DNA of 63,061 nt, the filler included, from Octopus bimaculoides (taxonomy: Eukaryota): assembly GCF_001194135.2 (NCBI RefSeq). It is 5 parts of 5 records of this genome, joined end to end, with 100 filler letters (N's around TTAATTAATTAA, not from the genome) between each part and the next. Parts side by side here need not be neighbours in the genome. Positions count along the whole stretch, not along the records: positions 1 to 30,669 come from NC_068987.1; positions 30,770 to 46,692 come from NC_068982.1; 3 more parts are not named here. One strand, given 5' to 3'. The position numbers and the translations under genes are program-made. Shown here in pieces: positions 24,401-35,800 of the stretch; position 1 is the first letter of the stretch; every line of letters starts with the position of its first letter. Below the pieces are notes generated by a model. That model was not told the DNA's origin, did not search any database, and saw nothing but the letters and a program-made list of their open reading frames with translations.

Positions 24401-26231
24401 TAGGCAACATGAGACCAGGGACAGTCTCTGATGGGTTGATATCAAAATTGTAAAATCCAAGTGCAACCGTGTTGTTACATTAGTTTCCACATGGCATTAC
24501 CGGGTTTCTATTGTCACAGACAGAATTATAACTAAAATTATTTTTAGGGGTTGAAAGAATTGGAAAGAAACCACCAAGAACAACAATCAACAGTACTGTC
24601 AGAGTTAAAGAAAGAAATGGCTTTGTTACAGAAGAGAATATTAATGGATACAGTAAGTAGACATCTTTCTTATCTCCGACATTATTTTCTGATAGTGAAT
24701 TGGGAAAACTGAACATTTACAAATCTTCTCATCATTGATGTTTGGTCTCTTTCCTAGTCTTAACTGCTCTTTCATAGTGCAGTTGGTATTAAAACTCATA
24801 ATTGTATGTCTGTCCAGGTCTGAATGAAACTCATAATTCTGGCTCTTTTATATAAGAATGTGCTTTTAATTGTATAATTTCTGTATAAGTGGGCTGATAA
24901 CATAGTTTGTGAAGTTATTTCTTAACAAGACCACAATAGCATGAAACAGTCTATGTTAATGTTTATAGCGATGATTAATACTATGTAGTCATTTATCTCA
25001 TCTATTTAACTGTATACCACTGCTTGTGTTGTATTTGCAAAAAAAGAAGAAAAAAAATTTAATTTCTTATAAATAAATATAAAGATATCTTGTTTACATC
25101 ATAAGAATTTAGAAACTTTGAGAGATGTGAAATAATTCATTTTCAATGGTTGAACTCGAAGCTTCTAAGAAAAGAGAAAATATATTTAATATCGATCTGT
25201 GGAGACCAGTAAGTGTTTTAAGGGCTGGGGGTTCAATAAAAGGTTACATTCATGAAGATTGACTGTAATTTAAATGTTATAATACTCAACAAATGGCAAC
25301 GACTTGGTGTTGTGGCACAATGTGCTGTCCTTTTTGTTTTTCTAGACATTATGATATAGTTTAAGGAAGATTTGGTTGCTATTATCTCGCAGGTTGATAG
25401 ACCATGTGAAGGTTTTGTGTGTGCTGTTCTTATAGAGACAGCCATGGTTTCTATGGCTGGATGCCCTTCTTAATGCCAACCACTCTGAGGGTGTAATGGG
25501 TGCTTTTATGTGCCATTTGAGTGACACTGGTATCTGCCACAACTGCGATTTTGGTTGACTTGATGGGTCTTCTCAAGCATGACATAATGCTAGAGGTCTT
25601 GGTCATTGCCTCCGTGAGGCCCAACACTCGAAAGGGGCTCAACCATTTTGCCTCTGTGAGGCTCAATGCTTGAAAGGTGCTTCAGTGGTCTCAGTCATTG
25701 CCTCCCTGTGGCCCAACACCCGAAAGGAGTTCAGCCACTTTTTCCCCGTGAAGCCCAATGCTCAAAAGGTGCCTCTTTATGTGCCAGTTACATGACACCA
25801 GCATCAATTAATTTCTAAAAAAGAAAAAAAAAAATTGTAATTTTTACCATCAAGGAAAACTAGACCAGAAGTACACTTTTAAAAGTAATATAGTGAAAAT
25901 TTTAAAAATCTTAATTGATTGGAAGAAATTTAACAATATCTAACTTCAGAAACTTCAAAGAGGTGTTTTCGTCCAATGGTACAACATCTGTCATGTTTAT
26001 AGAAAATTTGGGTTTGAGTCCCACAGGCAGCTTTTGACTTTTCCATCCAAGGATTTTTTTTTAATCCAGTATTTACAGGCTATTATTTATAGCTTCATCA
26101 ACCATTAAAGAATGAATTATAATGATACATAACACTAATGCATTTATTATAATGATATAATTCTTTCTTTCCTGCAGCAACAACAAGAAATGGCTAACGT
26201 TCGCAAATCTCTTCAGTCTATGCTGTTTTGA
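15362..26231 (+). CDS. SYCP3: Synaptonemal complex protein 3, 8 exons: 15362-15455, 17604-17676, 19006-19040, 20827-20944, 22754-22853, 24117-24215, 24548-24652, 26178-26231 (678 nt, 225 aa)
   Basis: All introns GT-AG and phase-consistent (1,2,1,2,0,0,0). Protein has [72 protein letters not shown], closely matching the SYCP3 Cor1 core and C-terminus as I recall them. Confidence 0.96.
15783..16520 (-). mobile_element. Internally deleted RTE LINE: endonuclease fragment joined to ORF2 C-terminus and 3' UTR
   Basis: YKIFREGNSDRVGGVGILLAEKWVDKVIEVVRVCDRVLRLRL (APE) followed directly by SMIRW...; frameshifted GRP.KT..EVVKHDLQTLGLT-type C-terminus. Confidence 0.85.
16520..17100 (+). mobile_element. 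RTE LINE 3' UTR copy with internal ggcacgtaaaaa repeats and tail
   Basis: Ends ...ccatgctagcatggaaagcagacgttaaacgatgaagaagat. Confidence 0.85.
17604..17676 (+). CDS. SYCP3: SYCP3 exon 2
   Basis: ttcttttag|AT...GG|gtacac, 73 nt. Confidence 0.8.
18240..18703 (+). mobile_element. RTE LINE 3' UTR copy
   Basis: Same family, (GAT)n tail at about 18690-18703. Confidence 0.85.
19006..19040 (+). CDS. SYCP3: SYCP3 exon 3 (FEMKKMLESFE)
   Basis: ttttcacag|T...GAAG|gtaagc, 35 nt. Confidence 0.9.
19155..19366 (+). mobile_element. tRNA SINE with 17-bp target-site duplication
   Basis: ATTATTGTAGGGGTGGT at 19138-19154 and 19367-19383. Confidence 0.9.
20827..20944 (+). CDS. SYCP3: SYCP3 exon 4 ([15 protein letters not shown]...QQTER)
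   Basis: ctttgttag|TT...AAAG|gtattg. Confidence 0.95.
21023..21365 (-). mobile_element. RTE LINE 3' UTR copy (another tail at about 21480-21575)
   Basis: catcatcgtcatcgtttaacgtccgctttccatgctagcatggg... Confidence 0.85.
22020..22670 (+). mobile_element. RTE 3' UTR copy; the ~180 bp repeated either side of the gap is a probable assembly overlap
   Basis: 22021-22200 is identical to 22391-22569. Confidence 0.75.
22754..22853 (+). CDS. SYCP3: SYCP3 exon 5 (QKLYDDY...QEEKLL)
   Basis: aatgtag|G...CTG|gtaaga. Confidence 0.95.
23300..23671 (+). mobile_element. RTE LINE 3' UTR copy
   Basis: Family motifs and (GAT)n tail. Confidence 0.85.
24117..24215 (+). CDS. SYCP3: SYCP3 exon 6 (AVFKQHQK...EQFCK)
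   Basis: ttttcgacag|GCT...AAG|gtaact. Confidence 0.95.
24548..24652 (+). CDS. SYCP3: SYCP3 exon 7 (GLKELERNH...RILMDT)
   Basis: atttttag|GGG...ACA|gtaagt. Confidence 0.95.
25445..25800 (-). mobile_element. RTE LINE ORF2 end plus 3' UTR fragment
   Basis: LGLTEAMTK C-terminal motif, locally duplicated. Confidence 0.75.
26178..26231 (+). CDS. SYCP3: SYCP3 exon 8 ([17 protein letters not shown]); candidate polyA signal AATAAA at 26522-26527
   Basis: ttcctgcag|CAA...TTT TGA. Confidence 0.97.
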   Translation, partial: [17 protein letters not shown]

Positions 26232-26790
26232 TGTATTGAGTAAAACAGTGCCCTAAACATTGAATTAACTGTTTCATTAAATTAACTGTTCATTCCACTT
26301 TTGTTCATTATAATCATCCTTCTAATATTATATATTTTATTCAATAGAATTAAATATATTACCGCAATGATTTGAGTGTATTTATTCTCAGTGTTACTCT
26401 GTTGTGAGTGAAGAAATATTACAATATAAAGGACTTCACACCTTTGAACATTTTATATCATCGCTGTATTCTGGCTTCAACTCACACTTTGGTCAGCTTT
26501 AACTTTCATCCCACAAGGCTCAATAAAATGAACATCAAAAACGGAGAAGGGAAAGATGTTCTTTGCTCTCTGGCTGAGTTCAAAAGGTAAAAAGAACAAC
26601 TCTTGTTTGAGCTGTTGAATGAAAAGACATGAGATCAGTGGCTTGTTTTAGTGGCTCCCATCGGGTTGGCTAATGCAGATATGTTCTTGACACATGGATC
26701 AGTTTAGATCTGTATAACTACTCAGCTTAAGACACTCGGTACAATAACTGTATGTTGAAACCATTCACATAGGTTGAAGAAATCCACAAT

Positions 26791-27613
26791 TACTGGATAA
26801 TTGGGTAAATTTGACAGTTTGCATAAAAAAAAATTAAAAAAAACAAAAAAAAAAAACAATATCCCATCCAAAAATAAAAATATTCTAAAAATCAAAAAAA
26901 TATCAACTAGATAACAATTTACTCTAAGTAGCCAGTCTCAGCTTCCACTATGGCTCCAGAACTTGGCGTGTGCGTTTCTCACAATATTCCTGGGGAGTAT
27001 ATCAAATACCTCCTTGAACTTGGTCAACATTTTGGCTTTGGTGTTGCAGGCAGAGCAGTGGGTGTCTCTCTCTCAATCACACCCCACATATAGTAATCCA
27101 TGGGATTACAAATAGGGGAATTAGGAGGCTAGAAATAGGTGAAGTCATACAAATTCTCTGGCAACCAGGTTTGACTCTTTCCAGTGGTATGGCAAGGAGC
27201 CAAATCCTACTGACACACATATGACCTTCCAGCAGCTTCAAATAGCCATCTGAATTGAGCTAAGATGTAGGATAGCATGATGTCACCGTCACTGGAGACA
27301 CACCCAAGGACCATCTCCCTGCTGGGAGTCTCCACTGCAGCCATCCATGTCATGTCTTACATTCTTCACAGTGTTCACAGAACATTGAGCAACAGTCATG
27401 ATGGTGTTTATATACCAAGTACAAATCATCATGATACAGGTAACTCTTTTCCAATATTCAGATGACTTCCCATCCTCCTGCTAACTTTTTCTCAACCACA
27501 ACTTATCTTTGTTCTCCAATATCTCTGGCTGTTCATTAACAAACACATCAAGCTGTTCCTATAAAAAAGCAAGCATTAAAAATCATCAAATTTAGCCCAA
27601 ACACCCAGTGTAT
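26791..27613 (-). mobile_element. Internally deleted Tc1/mariner-superfamily (maT-like) transposon
   Basis: Degenerate TIRs (ctggataattgggtaaatttga vs cactgggtgtttgggctaaatttga). Fragments VAQCSVNTVKNVR, MVLGCVSSDGD, DLAPCHTTGKSQTWL, PPNSPICNPMDYYMWGVIE, IVEAETGYLE*. Confidence 0.8.
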
Positions 27614-28283
27614 TTTATTTGGGGTGACAATATTTTTAGACCCAGTAATATATGCATTTTCTTACCTGGTAGCTATCTAGCTCGCACCAGTTTCACATTT
27701 ACTTTCAATAGTGCAACTTATGTTGATAAAGGACAAAGCAAAGAAGCTTAACCTAAGCCTAAATATCCAAATATAGTTTAATAATGTAGTCTTATTATCA
27801 ATACTGATAAGATGAAAATACTTGTTATGAATAGTGGTACTTGTCACATTAGCTGAAGTACAAGTAATTAAAGGTTACTGTATTAAAATAAGCTATATCA
27901 GGCACCACTAAATATCGTGAATAGAACAGGTTTAGCCTCCTCAGCTTTTTGTCTCCTTAATTGGTATGTTTAGAGACAACAGAACATTGGATTCATTATT
28001 GTTCACTTCTTTATGCATTTGTGGTTTGAAAGGAGTTTATTGAGGTAGATTTTCTATGGCTAGATACCCTCCATGTTCAAAGTAAGGTAATTCTTTACTT
28101 CATGCCAGACACATGTTCTCACAGAATACTGGAAATGGATGACACTGCTTGTATGACAGTGGCACTTATTTACAACTATTGTTGTACAATGTCAAGACAT
28201 GGAGACATCAACACATACGTACAATAGGTGTTTTTCACATTATTTACATTTGATGGATATTTGTCCTCATCTTGTTTGTTGTT

Positions 28284-28329
28284 AACACAGTGTTTCGGCT
28301 GGTATACCCTCCAGCCTTCATCAGGTGTC
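28284..28329 (-). ncRNA. Hammerhead ribozyme motif (degenerate cleavage site)
   Basis: GACAC-CUGAUGA-A-GGCUGG-AGGGUAUA-CCAGCC-GAAAC-ACU-GUGUU. Confidence 0.6.
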
Positions 28330-28459
28330 TTGTTATGGTATTCCGAGTTCGATTCCAGGCAGTGACCTGAATAATAATACTTCCTAAGGTATTTTTTGAT
28401 GTTATTATTATTATTATTATTCAGGTCATTGCCTGGAATCTAACTCGGAATACCCATAA

Positions 28460-28505
28460 GACACCTGATGAAGGCTGGAAGGTATATCAGCTGAAATGTT
28501 GTATT
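28460..28505 (+). ncRNA. Hammerhead ribozyme motif (decayed)
   Basis: GACAC-CUGAUGA-A-GGCUGG-AAGGUAUA-UCAGCU-GAAAU-GUU-GUAUU. Confidence 0.5.
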
Positions 28506-29009
28506 AACAAGATGAGGACAAATATCCGTCAAATGTAAATAATGTAAATAATTCCTCATCTCTTAAATATAGAACTGTATTAGGTTTTTTTTCAGTTTCC
28601 ATTTTATCAAATCATTTGGTCAAGGTGCCATGCAACAGGATTGAACCTGAGACCATTGGTTGGGAACTTCTTAACAAGGCCATACCTATGATTATGCTTC
28701 CAAAACCAGTGTGATACTATAACAAGGAAATAACTCCAGAGTGAATTGGTTAAAACAGAAGTCTTTCAAATGGGATACCTTTGTTGAATTGCCTGAGATG
28801 AACCATATGCAGAATAACTATTTTTGAAAAAGCAGTAACATTAGTATGGCCATGCGAGTCAAATGATTCAGGGTTGCAATGTACACTATTTGCATGAATC
28901 TAGTTACAAGAATGCAACGAACACAAAAGAGTTCTGATCACTTGTTTTCGATAATAGTTGTGTATAGAATTACTAATTCATGCTTAGCTTTTGCTTCAAA
29001 TGTTTTCTC

Positions 29010-29390
29010 TCATTATCATTTAACATCTGTCTTCTTTGCTGGCATGGGTTGGATGGTTTGACAGGAGCTGACAAACAGGAGAGCTGCACCAGGCTCAAGT
29101 CATCTGTTTACACTTGGTTTCTACAGCTGGAAGCTCTTCCTAATGCCAACCAATTTACAGTGTGCTGGGGCTTTTTACATGGCACAGCCACAATAGGACA
29201 GATGGTGATTTGGCTGAATAATTAGAGTTGGACAGAATCATCATCATCGTCGTTTAATGTCTGCTTTCCATGCTAGCATGGGTTGGACGATTTGACTGAG
29301 GACAGGTGGACCAGGAGGCAACACCAGGGTCCGATCTGATTTGGCAGAGTTTCTACAGCTGGATGCCCTTCCTAACGCCAACCACTCCTG
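29010..29390 (-). mobile_element. Two adjacent RTE 3' tail fragments
   Basis: catcatcatcgtcgtttaatgtctgctttccatgctagcatggg... Confidence 0.75.
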
Positions 29391-30205
29391 GCACAAGGTC
29401 AACTTAGCCTTTCATCCTTTTGGGATCAATAAAATATCAGTCCCAAGACAGTGGGTTAACAGGATTATCAGAGCATTGGACAAGATGCTTTGTGATACCT
29501 GCTCTATCTCTTTGAGTTCTCAGTTCAAATTCTGCATGGTGCTGATGGTGAAGGTTAATCATTTGATCACAAGAGCACACTTTCAGCCTACATCTGGCCA
29601 GCATAGACAGGCAGGCCTACAACCAGCTGAATAGAAACAGGGGACAAACAGATTAAGGTAAAAACATATTCATTACACACCCACATATTCATATCTCAAC
29701 ATGTAACTATGACTCTATTTTCCCAGTGGTATACGTCTGTTAGATACGGATCAGGCCACCAGAACACAATTCATGCGTTGATATTTTTTGCTTTTAGTTT
29801 CTTTCTGTGATCAGTTTTAATAATACTTTGAATAGTGAGTGTTTAGAATTGGTCTGAAAGTATTGTTTAAATATCTTATTTTTGTTTCAGTCATTAGACT
29901 GTGGCCATGCTGGGGCATTGCCTTGAAGAATTCTACTCAAATGAATTGACCTCAGTACTTATTTCTTTAAAGCTTGGTACATAGTCTATTGGACTCTTTT
30001 GCCAAACTGCTAAGTTACAGGTATGTAAACACCAACACTGGTTGTCAGGCAGTGGGTAAGGACAAATACAGACACCCACATAGATTTAGATATTAATTTA
30101 GGCAAGTTAAGCTTCAGGAACCAAAAAAAAAAGATTTTTCACTAACAAAAAATACATTTAAAGAGTCAAATAATTTATTATATAAATACAAAATTTTGTA
30201 CATTC

Positions 30206-30292
30206 TTATCTTCCACCACCTCCACCACCACCTTGAGGATCAGAATTAGATGCTAACATCAACACAATCACAAATGGAACAATGTACATCCA
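30206..30292 (-). CDS. EMC10: Terminal exon of ER membrane protein complex subunit 10 (WMYIVPFVIVLMLASNSDPQGGGGGGGR*)
   Basis: Strong acceptor tttacttttttttcag|TGG; TM segment WMYI.P plus Gly-rich tail matches the EMC10 C-terminus; AATAAA on - at 30174-30179. Confidence 0.85.
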   Translation of the reverse strand, partial: WMYIVPFVIVLMLASNSDPQGGGGGGGR

Positions 30293-30769
30293 CTGAAAAA
30301 AAGTAAAAGAAAGAAAGGTATTTATTAATCAGTTTAATGTAGATGAAAGACTCATCATTTAATGTCTTTTCCATTACTGGCAGGCTTTGCACAGATGCCT
30401 TTCCTAATGCCAAAGATTCTTTTGCCCTTTGCTTGTTTCAGTCATCACACAACAGCCATGCTGGGGCACTGCCTTAAAGAATTTTTAGTTGACTGAACTG
30501 ACCCCAGTACGTTTTTTTTTAAAGCCTGGTACTTATTCTTTCAGTCTCTTTTGCTGAACCGCTATGTTAAGTTATGGAGATGTAAACACACCAACACTGG
30601 TTGTCAAGCAACACTGGTGGGGACAAACACACACTATGTGTGTGTTTATATATATATATATATATATATNNNNNNNNNNNNNNNNNNNNNNNNNNNNNNN
30701 NNNNNNNNNNNNNTTAATTAATTAANNNNNNNNNNNNNNNNNNNNNNNNNNNNNNNNNNNNNNNNNNNN

Positions 30770-30808
<39 letters not shown>

Positions 30809-31629
30809 GAGGTAAAATGGATTAATAAACCTAGGTAGAAAGTATTTGGTGGTTAAATGAACTTGCTTGACTCCATCAAACAATCAGATACCAATAAATT
30901 CAAACAAAATTAACACTTAAAGTAATTTTTTGTGTATGATAAGTAAATCCAAATATGGCTAAGTAGAATTTCAAGAAATTTGGAATATTTAACAGCGAGA
31001 ATAAGAACAGAAAATCACATCTTTATTTCATGATTACACCATACATTACTGAAGTTTATTTCTATTGTGTCAACATATTTAGATATTAAAAAAAATGTGC
31101 AAAATACCAGTTAAACCAATATGTTTGAAAATTTATGCTAGCACAATGTCATCAAGGTAATTTAAAACAGGTTAAATTCAAATTAAATACTAAACTAACT
31201 TTACTTTGAATACATTCATTTTTAAACTTATTTTGTATGTGTTCATCTGTAATAGATACCATTTCAGTTTGCTTTGAATTTAGCCTGTTTTGGGTTAACT
31301 TGATAACATTGTGTTAACATAAATTTTCGCATCTATAGGTTTTACTTGTACTCTATATACAAATGTGTGTCTTTGTGTCTGTGTTTGTCTCCCCCACCCC
31401 ACCATCGCTTGACAACCTATGTTGGTGTGTTTATGTCCCTGTAACTTACCAAGAGATTGATAGAATAAGTACTAGGCTTACAAAGAATATGTCCTGGGGT
31501 CGATTTCTTTGACTAAAAGGCGGTGCTCCAGCATGGCCACAATCAAACGATGGAAAGGAATAAAAGTAAAGACTATGAATATGCCCATATGTAGATATAT
31601 TTATACCTGAACATATCTAAATATAATTC

Positions 31630-32335
31630 TTTCTATTAAAGGCACAAGGCCTGAAATTTGAGGGGAGGGGACTAGTCGATTACATCAACCCCAGTGCTTC
31701 ACTGGTACTTAATTTATTGACCCTGAAAGGATGAAAGCAAAGTTGACCCCAGCAGAACATAAAAATATAATGGTATATGTAACAGTAGTTTCAAATTTTT
31801 GGCACGAGCCCAGCAATTTTAGGAGAGGGGGTAAGTCGATTACACCGACCCCCAGTGTTCATCTGGTTCTTATTTATCAACCCCAAAAGAAGAAAGGCAA
31901 AGTTGACCTCGGCAGAATTTGAACTCACAACGTAAGGGCAGACGAAATGCCGCTAAGCATTTTCCCCGGCCTCCTAGCAATTCTGCCTGCTCACTGCCTT
32001 ATATTCTTTTCTGTTTCAGTCATTTGACTGTGGCCATGCTGTAGCACTGCCTTTAGTTGAGCAAATTAACCCCAGGACTTATTCTTTGTAAGCCCAGTAC
32101 TTATTCTATTGGTCTTATTTGCCGAACCCCTAAGCAATGTTGGCAGAGACAGACACACAAACATATATATTTATATATATATGTATATACGACAAGCTTC
32201 TTTCAGTTTCCGTCTACCAAATCCACTAATGATGCTATAGTAGAAGACACTTACCTACTCAAGGTGCCGTGCAGTGGGACTGAACCCGAAACCATATGGT
32301 TTGTGAGCAAGCTACTTACCACACAGCCACTCCTA
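31630..32335 (-). mobile_element. Cluster of 3-4 tRNA SINE fragments
   Basis: Reverse complements of the SINE bodies at 13657 and 45197. Confidence 0.8.
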
Positions 32336-32585
32336 TTAATGTATATAAACCTATGTATTATACATCTATTACTATACCTCTTGTCAAGCTTGTAGAAATC
32401 TGGGAGTACAGTGCAATACCATCCTATGTACTATATACTGTATTGAGTACGCAGACCCTGTTTTTGAAGTTGGTTACTTTGCATATGGTGTGTTGAAAAT
32501 AGTTTTGTGCTTTACTTTTTTCTCAAGTGGATTAATAAAGATTATTAAACATACCCTGGTTTAGAATTGTATTAATTTGTTCATG

Positions 32586-32880
32586 TGTGGAGGCGCAATG
32601 GCCCAGTGGTTAGGGCAGCGGACTCGCGGTTGTAAGATCGCAGTTTCGATTCCCAGACCGGGCATTGTGAGTGTTTATTGAGCGAAAACACCTAAAGCAC
32701 CATGAGGCTCCAGCAGAGAGCCTTGTTACACTCTGTGTCACGCTGAATCTCCCCGAGAATTATGTTAAGGGTACACGTGTCTGTGGAGTGCTCAGCCACT
32801 TGCACATTGATTTCACGAGCAGGCTGTTCTGTTGATCGGATTAACTGGAACCCTCGTCGTCGTAACCAACCGAGTGCCAT
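32586..32880 (+). mobile_element. tRNA SINE (family also at about 49578-49838 and 47905-47985)
   Basis: GGAGGCGCAATGGCCCAGTGGTTAGG A box, GTTTCGATTCC B box. Confidence 0.85.
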
Positions 32881-32994
32881 GTGTTTGTTCATGTGAACCT
32901 TTCAACCCAGAATTTTTTCTCAAGGATTTTTTCTCAAATTGCTTATGGCAAGGGGTTTGTACACATGCAAGCCTTTTGAGCTGCCATTATAGTG

Positions 32995-33205
32995 TTGGCA
33001 GCGAGCTGGAAGAATCATTAGCATGCTGGGCAAAATGCTTAGTGGTATTTCACCCCTCCGCTATGTTCTGAGTTCAAATGCCACTGAGGTCGACTTTACT
33101 TTTCATCCTTTCGGGGTCGATAAATTAAGTACCAGTCGAGCACTGGGATCGATGCAATCGCCAAGCCCTCTCCCCCAAAATTTCAAGCCTTGTGCCCACA
33201 GTAGA
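32995..33205 (+). mobile_element. tRNA SINE
   Basis: ggcagcgagctgg...gagttcaaatgcc family. Confidence 0.85.
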
Positions 33206-33539
33206 AAGGATTTTAATGTCACACACTCCAATCATTCTTCTGGTGCTACACGCTTATCAGAAAAACCCGGAGTGGTACTTATACTGCATCACATAGGTTG
33301 TAAAATTTTTGACTGGTACAAATATGTACCAGCCAAGCCAAAAGGATTAAATAAAATACTGTTCTTTAATATTTCTCCATTTAATTGTCATCCTATAAAC
33401 ATTATACTGTATACATGGCAAAAACGTTATATTTTAAGAATGGACCCTATTTTGGAAGTGTATTAATTAGAAGCTGTGAATTACAATTTAGCTCTTTGTT
33501 TTCCATTGTTTATTTTGTATTTCGAGTATATACTTAGAC

Positions 33540-33792
33540 CGGTGTTTTTCAACCCTTTTTTTGGTCTCTGGACACTTTTGATTCCTCTTTTACTCTAATG
33601 GACCCTCATAACCATTCCATGTTTAAAAAAATCCCATATTTTTATGATTAAATATTATTAGGAGTTGTATAAAAAATCGATGAAATATTTTGTTTATCGT
33701 AGAAGTATTACGAATTTATTACACGTAAATTTTAACACCAAAATCTTATATGGGGCCCCCAAGGGTCATGTGGAGCCTGATTGAAAACTACG
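33540..33792. mobile_element. hAT/Charlie-like MITE (related fragment at about 45790-45875)
   Basis: Degenerate CAGTGGTTTTCAA-type ends; 8-bp flanks ACTTAGAC / ATTTAGAC. Confidence 0.6.
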
Positions 33793-33800
33793 ATTTAGAC

Positions 33801-33979
33801 CAGGGGTCTCCAAAGTGGTCGATATTGACTCCTAGGGATCTATGGGACTATTCAAGGGGGTCGATAAATGCAAATTTACTTAATTATTGTTATTTATTTT
33901 CTCGGACATGCCTGGGGGATGATGGGGAGTCCAGGATTCCATGAAAGGGTCGATGGTCTAATAAGTTTTGGGACCCCTG
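33801..33979. mobile_element. hAT-like MITE
   Basis: TIR CAGGGGTCTCCAAA / TTTGGGACCCCTG; flanks ATTTAGAC / ATTTACAC. Confidence 0.8.
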
Positions 33980-34039
33980 ATTTACACTGTCTCTAGAAAA
34001 CTTAAAAGTCTAGAAATCCTGGACATTTCCAATCCCAGG

Positions 34040-34331
34040 CTTGCTAGATAATTGATCTAACACTAAATATGTATGTACGTGTGTATATTTGTATGTATGT
34101 GTGTGTACGTGTGTAATGTACATATGTAAGTTTACACTCACACAAACATTTATACAAATATACGTAATTGAACATATCTATACATATATGGATTAGGGTC
34201 GGGTATATGAAAATATATACTTGCATATGTATATTCATATGTATAGCATTTATATCCATATGTATATCTGTATACACACACACTCGGTGCTCCAGCATGA
34301 CCACAGCTTTCAAGTTGAAACAAGTTATAAT

Positions 34332-34387
<56 letters not shown>

Positions 34388-34622
34388 CGTATTTATATGC
34401 ATACATTCAGAGGTGGGTATATATTTATGTATATACATATACGATCAAATCCTTTGTATATGTATATGGATGCATACACACACACACATATATACATGTC
34501 TGTGTATCTATCTACATATATAGATGCGCAAATACATACACTCACACAAATATATATGCATACACATACGTTTATTATTCACATTTATATTATGCTATTT
34601 TCATATATTCTCATCTGCATTT

Positions 34623-34704
<82 letters not shown>

Positions 34705-34731
34705 ATGTGTCTGTGTGTATATGTGTGTGTG

Positions 34732-34762
<31 letters not shown>

Positions 34763-35330
34763 TTATATATATATATATATAACGTGCGTGTTTGTACGGT
34801 AATCAAATTTGTATACATTTATTTATATACACACACACACACACACACATACACCCACATAAATTCATACATGTCTGTGTGCGTGTGCGTGTGTGTTGCT
34901 GTTGTTGTTGTGGCCGAGTTGTGAAAAGGTCTCGCCATGTGGTCGACCCAGTGTTTGGCATATCGCCTTGTCTTCTAACATCGTATCCTGAAGTTGACTC
35001 GAATTATTGCTAGTGAAATCACGCCGGGAAGGAATATGTGTGTAACTGAAAAAAGAATGACTGCTAAACGAATCAGTGTGAATGACCCTGCCGGAGGATT
35101 ACGTAAACTTTAATCGTTTCTGTGGAATATTCAACCGTTGTTACTGCTTTGATTTGATGAATATGTGACTTGTTTGATGGAATAGCTAGAGTACCGATCG
35201 TTGACGTTCGACGGAGATCTGTTTACTATTTATATGTATTTACAAGCACACACATACATGTACGTGTATATACATTTACTAACATACACATACTCACTGA
35301 AATATCTATCTATCTAATCTGTCTACCTAC

Positions 35331-35361
<31 letters not shown>

Positions 35362-35616
35362 CCCGTCTGTCTTTGTCTTTCTTTCTCTCTATCTATCTAT
35401 CTATTTATCTATTCGTCCGTCTCTCTGCCTGTCTGTCTATCATCTCTCTCTCTCTCTGTCTATCTATCTATCTGTCTGCCTATTTATCTATCTATTCGTC
35501 CGTCTGCCTGCCTGTCTGTCTATTTATCTATCTATCTATCTTCTATCTATTATCTATCTATCTATCTATCTGTCTTTCTCTGTCTTTCTATCTCTCTCTC
35601 TCTCTCTATCTATCCG

Positions 35617-35652
<36 letters not shown>

Positions 35653-35800
35653 TGTCTATTCATCCGTCCAACCTTCTCCTCTCTCTCTCTCTCTCCCTCT
35701 CTCGATCTGTTTACACACATATGTAACGTTTGCGTATTTGTAATTTGATGTATAGTTTGTGTATACGTATGTATGTATGTGTGTATGTGTGTGTGTGTAT
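34040..35800. repeat. Compound microsatellites (TA, CA, CT, TCTA)
   Basis: Directly visible. Confidence 0.95.

Larger units (their letters stand above)
28238..28545. mobile_element. Palindromic derivative of the hammerhead-bearing tRNA-SINE
   Basis: About 28238-28380 is the reverse complement of about 28405-28545; each arm has a B-box fragment, (AAT)n and a hammerhead. Confidence 0.8.

Noticed and set aside
27481-27558. Phase-0 exon-like ORF on - (EQLDVFVNEQPEILENKDKLWLRKS*) as an alternative, secreted-isoform last exon of EMC10
   Set aside because: It lies between the left TIR and the transposase start of the 26791-27613 element, so it is probably transposon 5' sequence; exonisation is unsupported without RNA data
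30714-30725. TTAATTAATTAA islands inside N runs (also 46737, 59257, 61934)
   Set aside because: Identical 12-mer with stops in all frames between N blocks: an assembly gap marker
34044-35748. Multiple ORFs over 100 aa (YI, CV, SIYL repeats), and similar ORFs elsewhere including X-filled ones
   Set aside because: Microsatellite or gap artefacts
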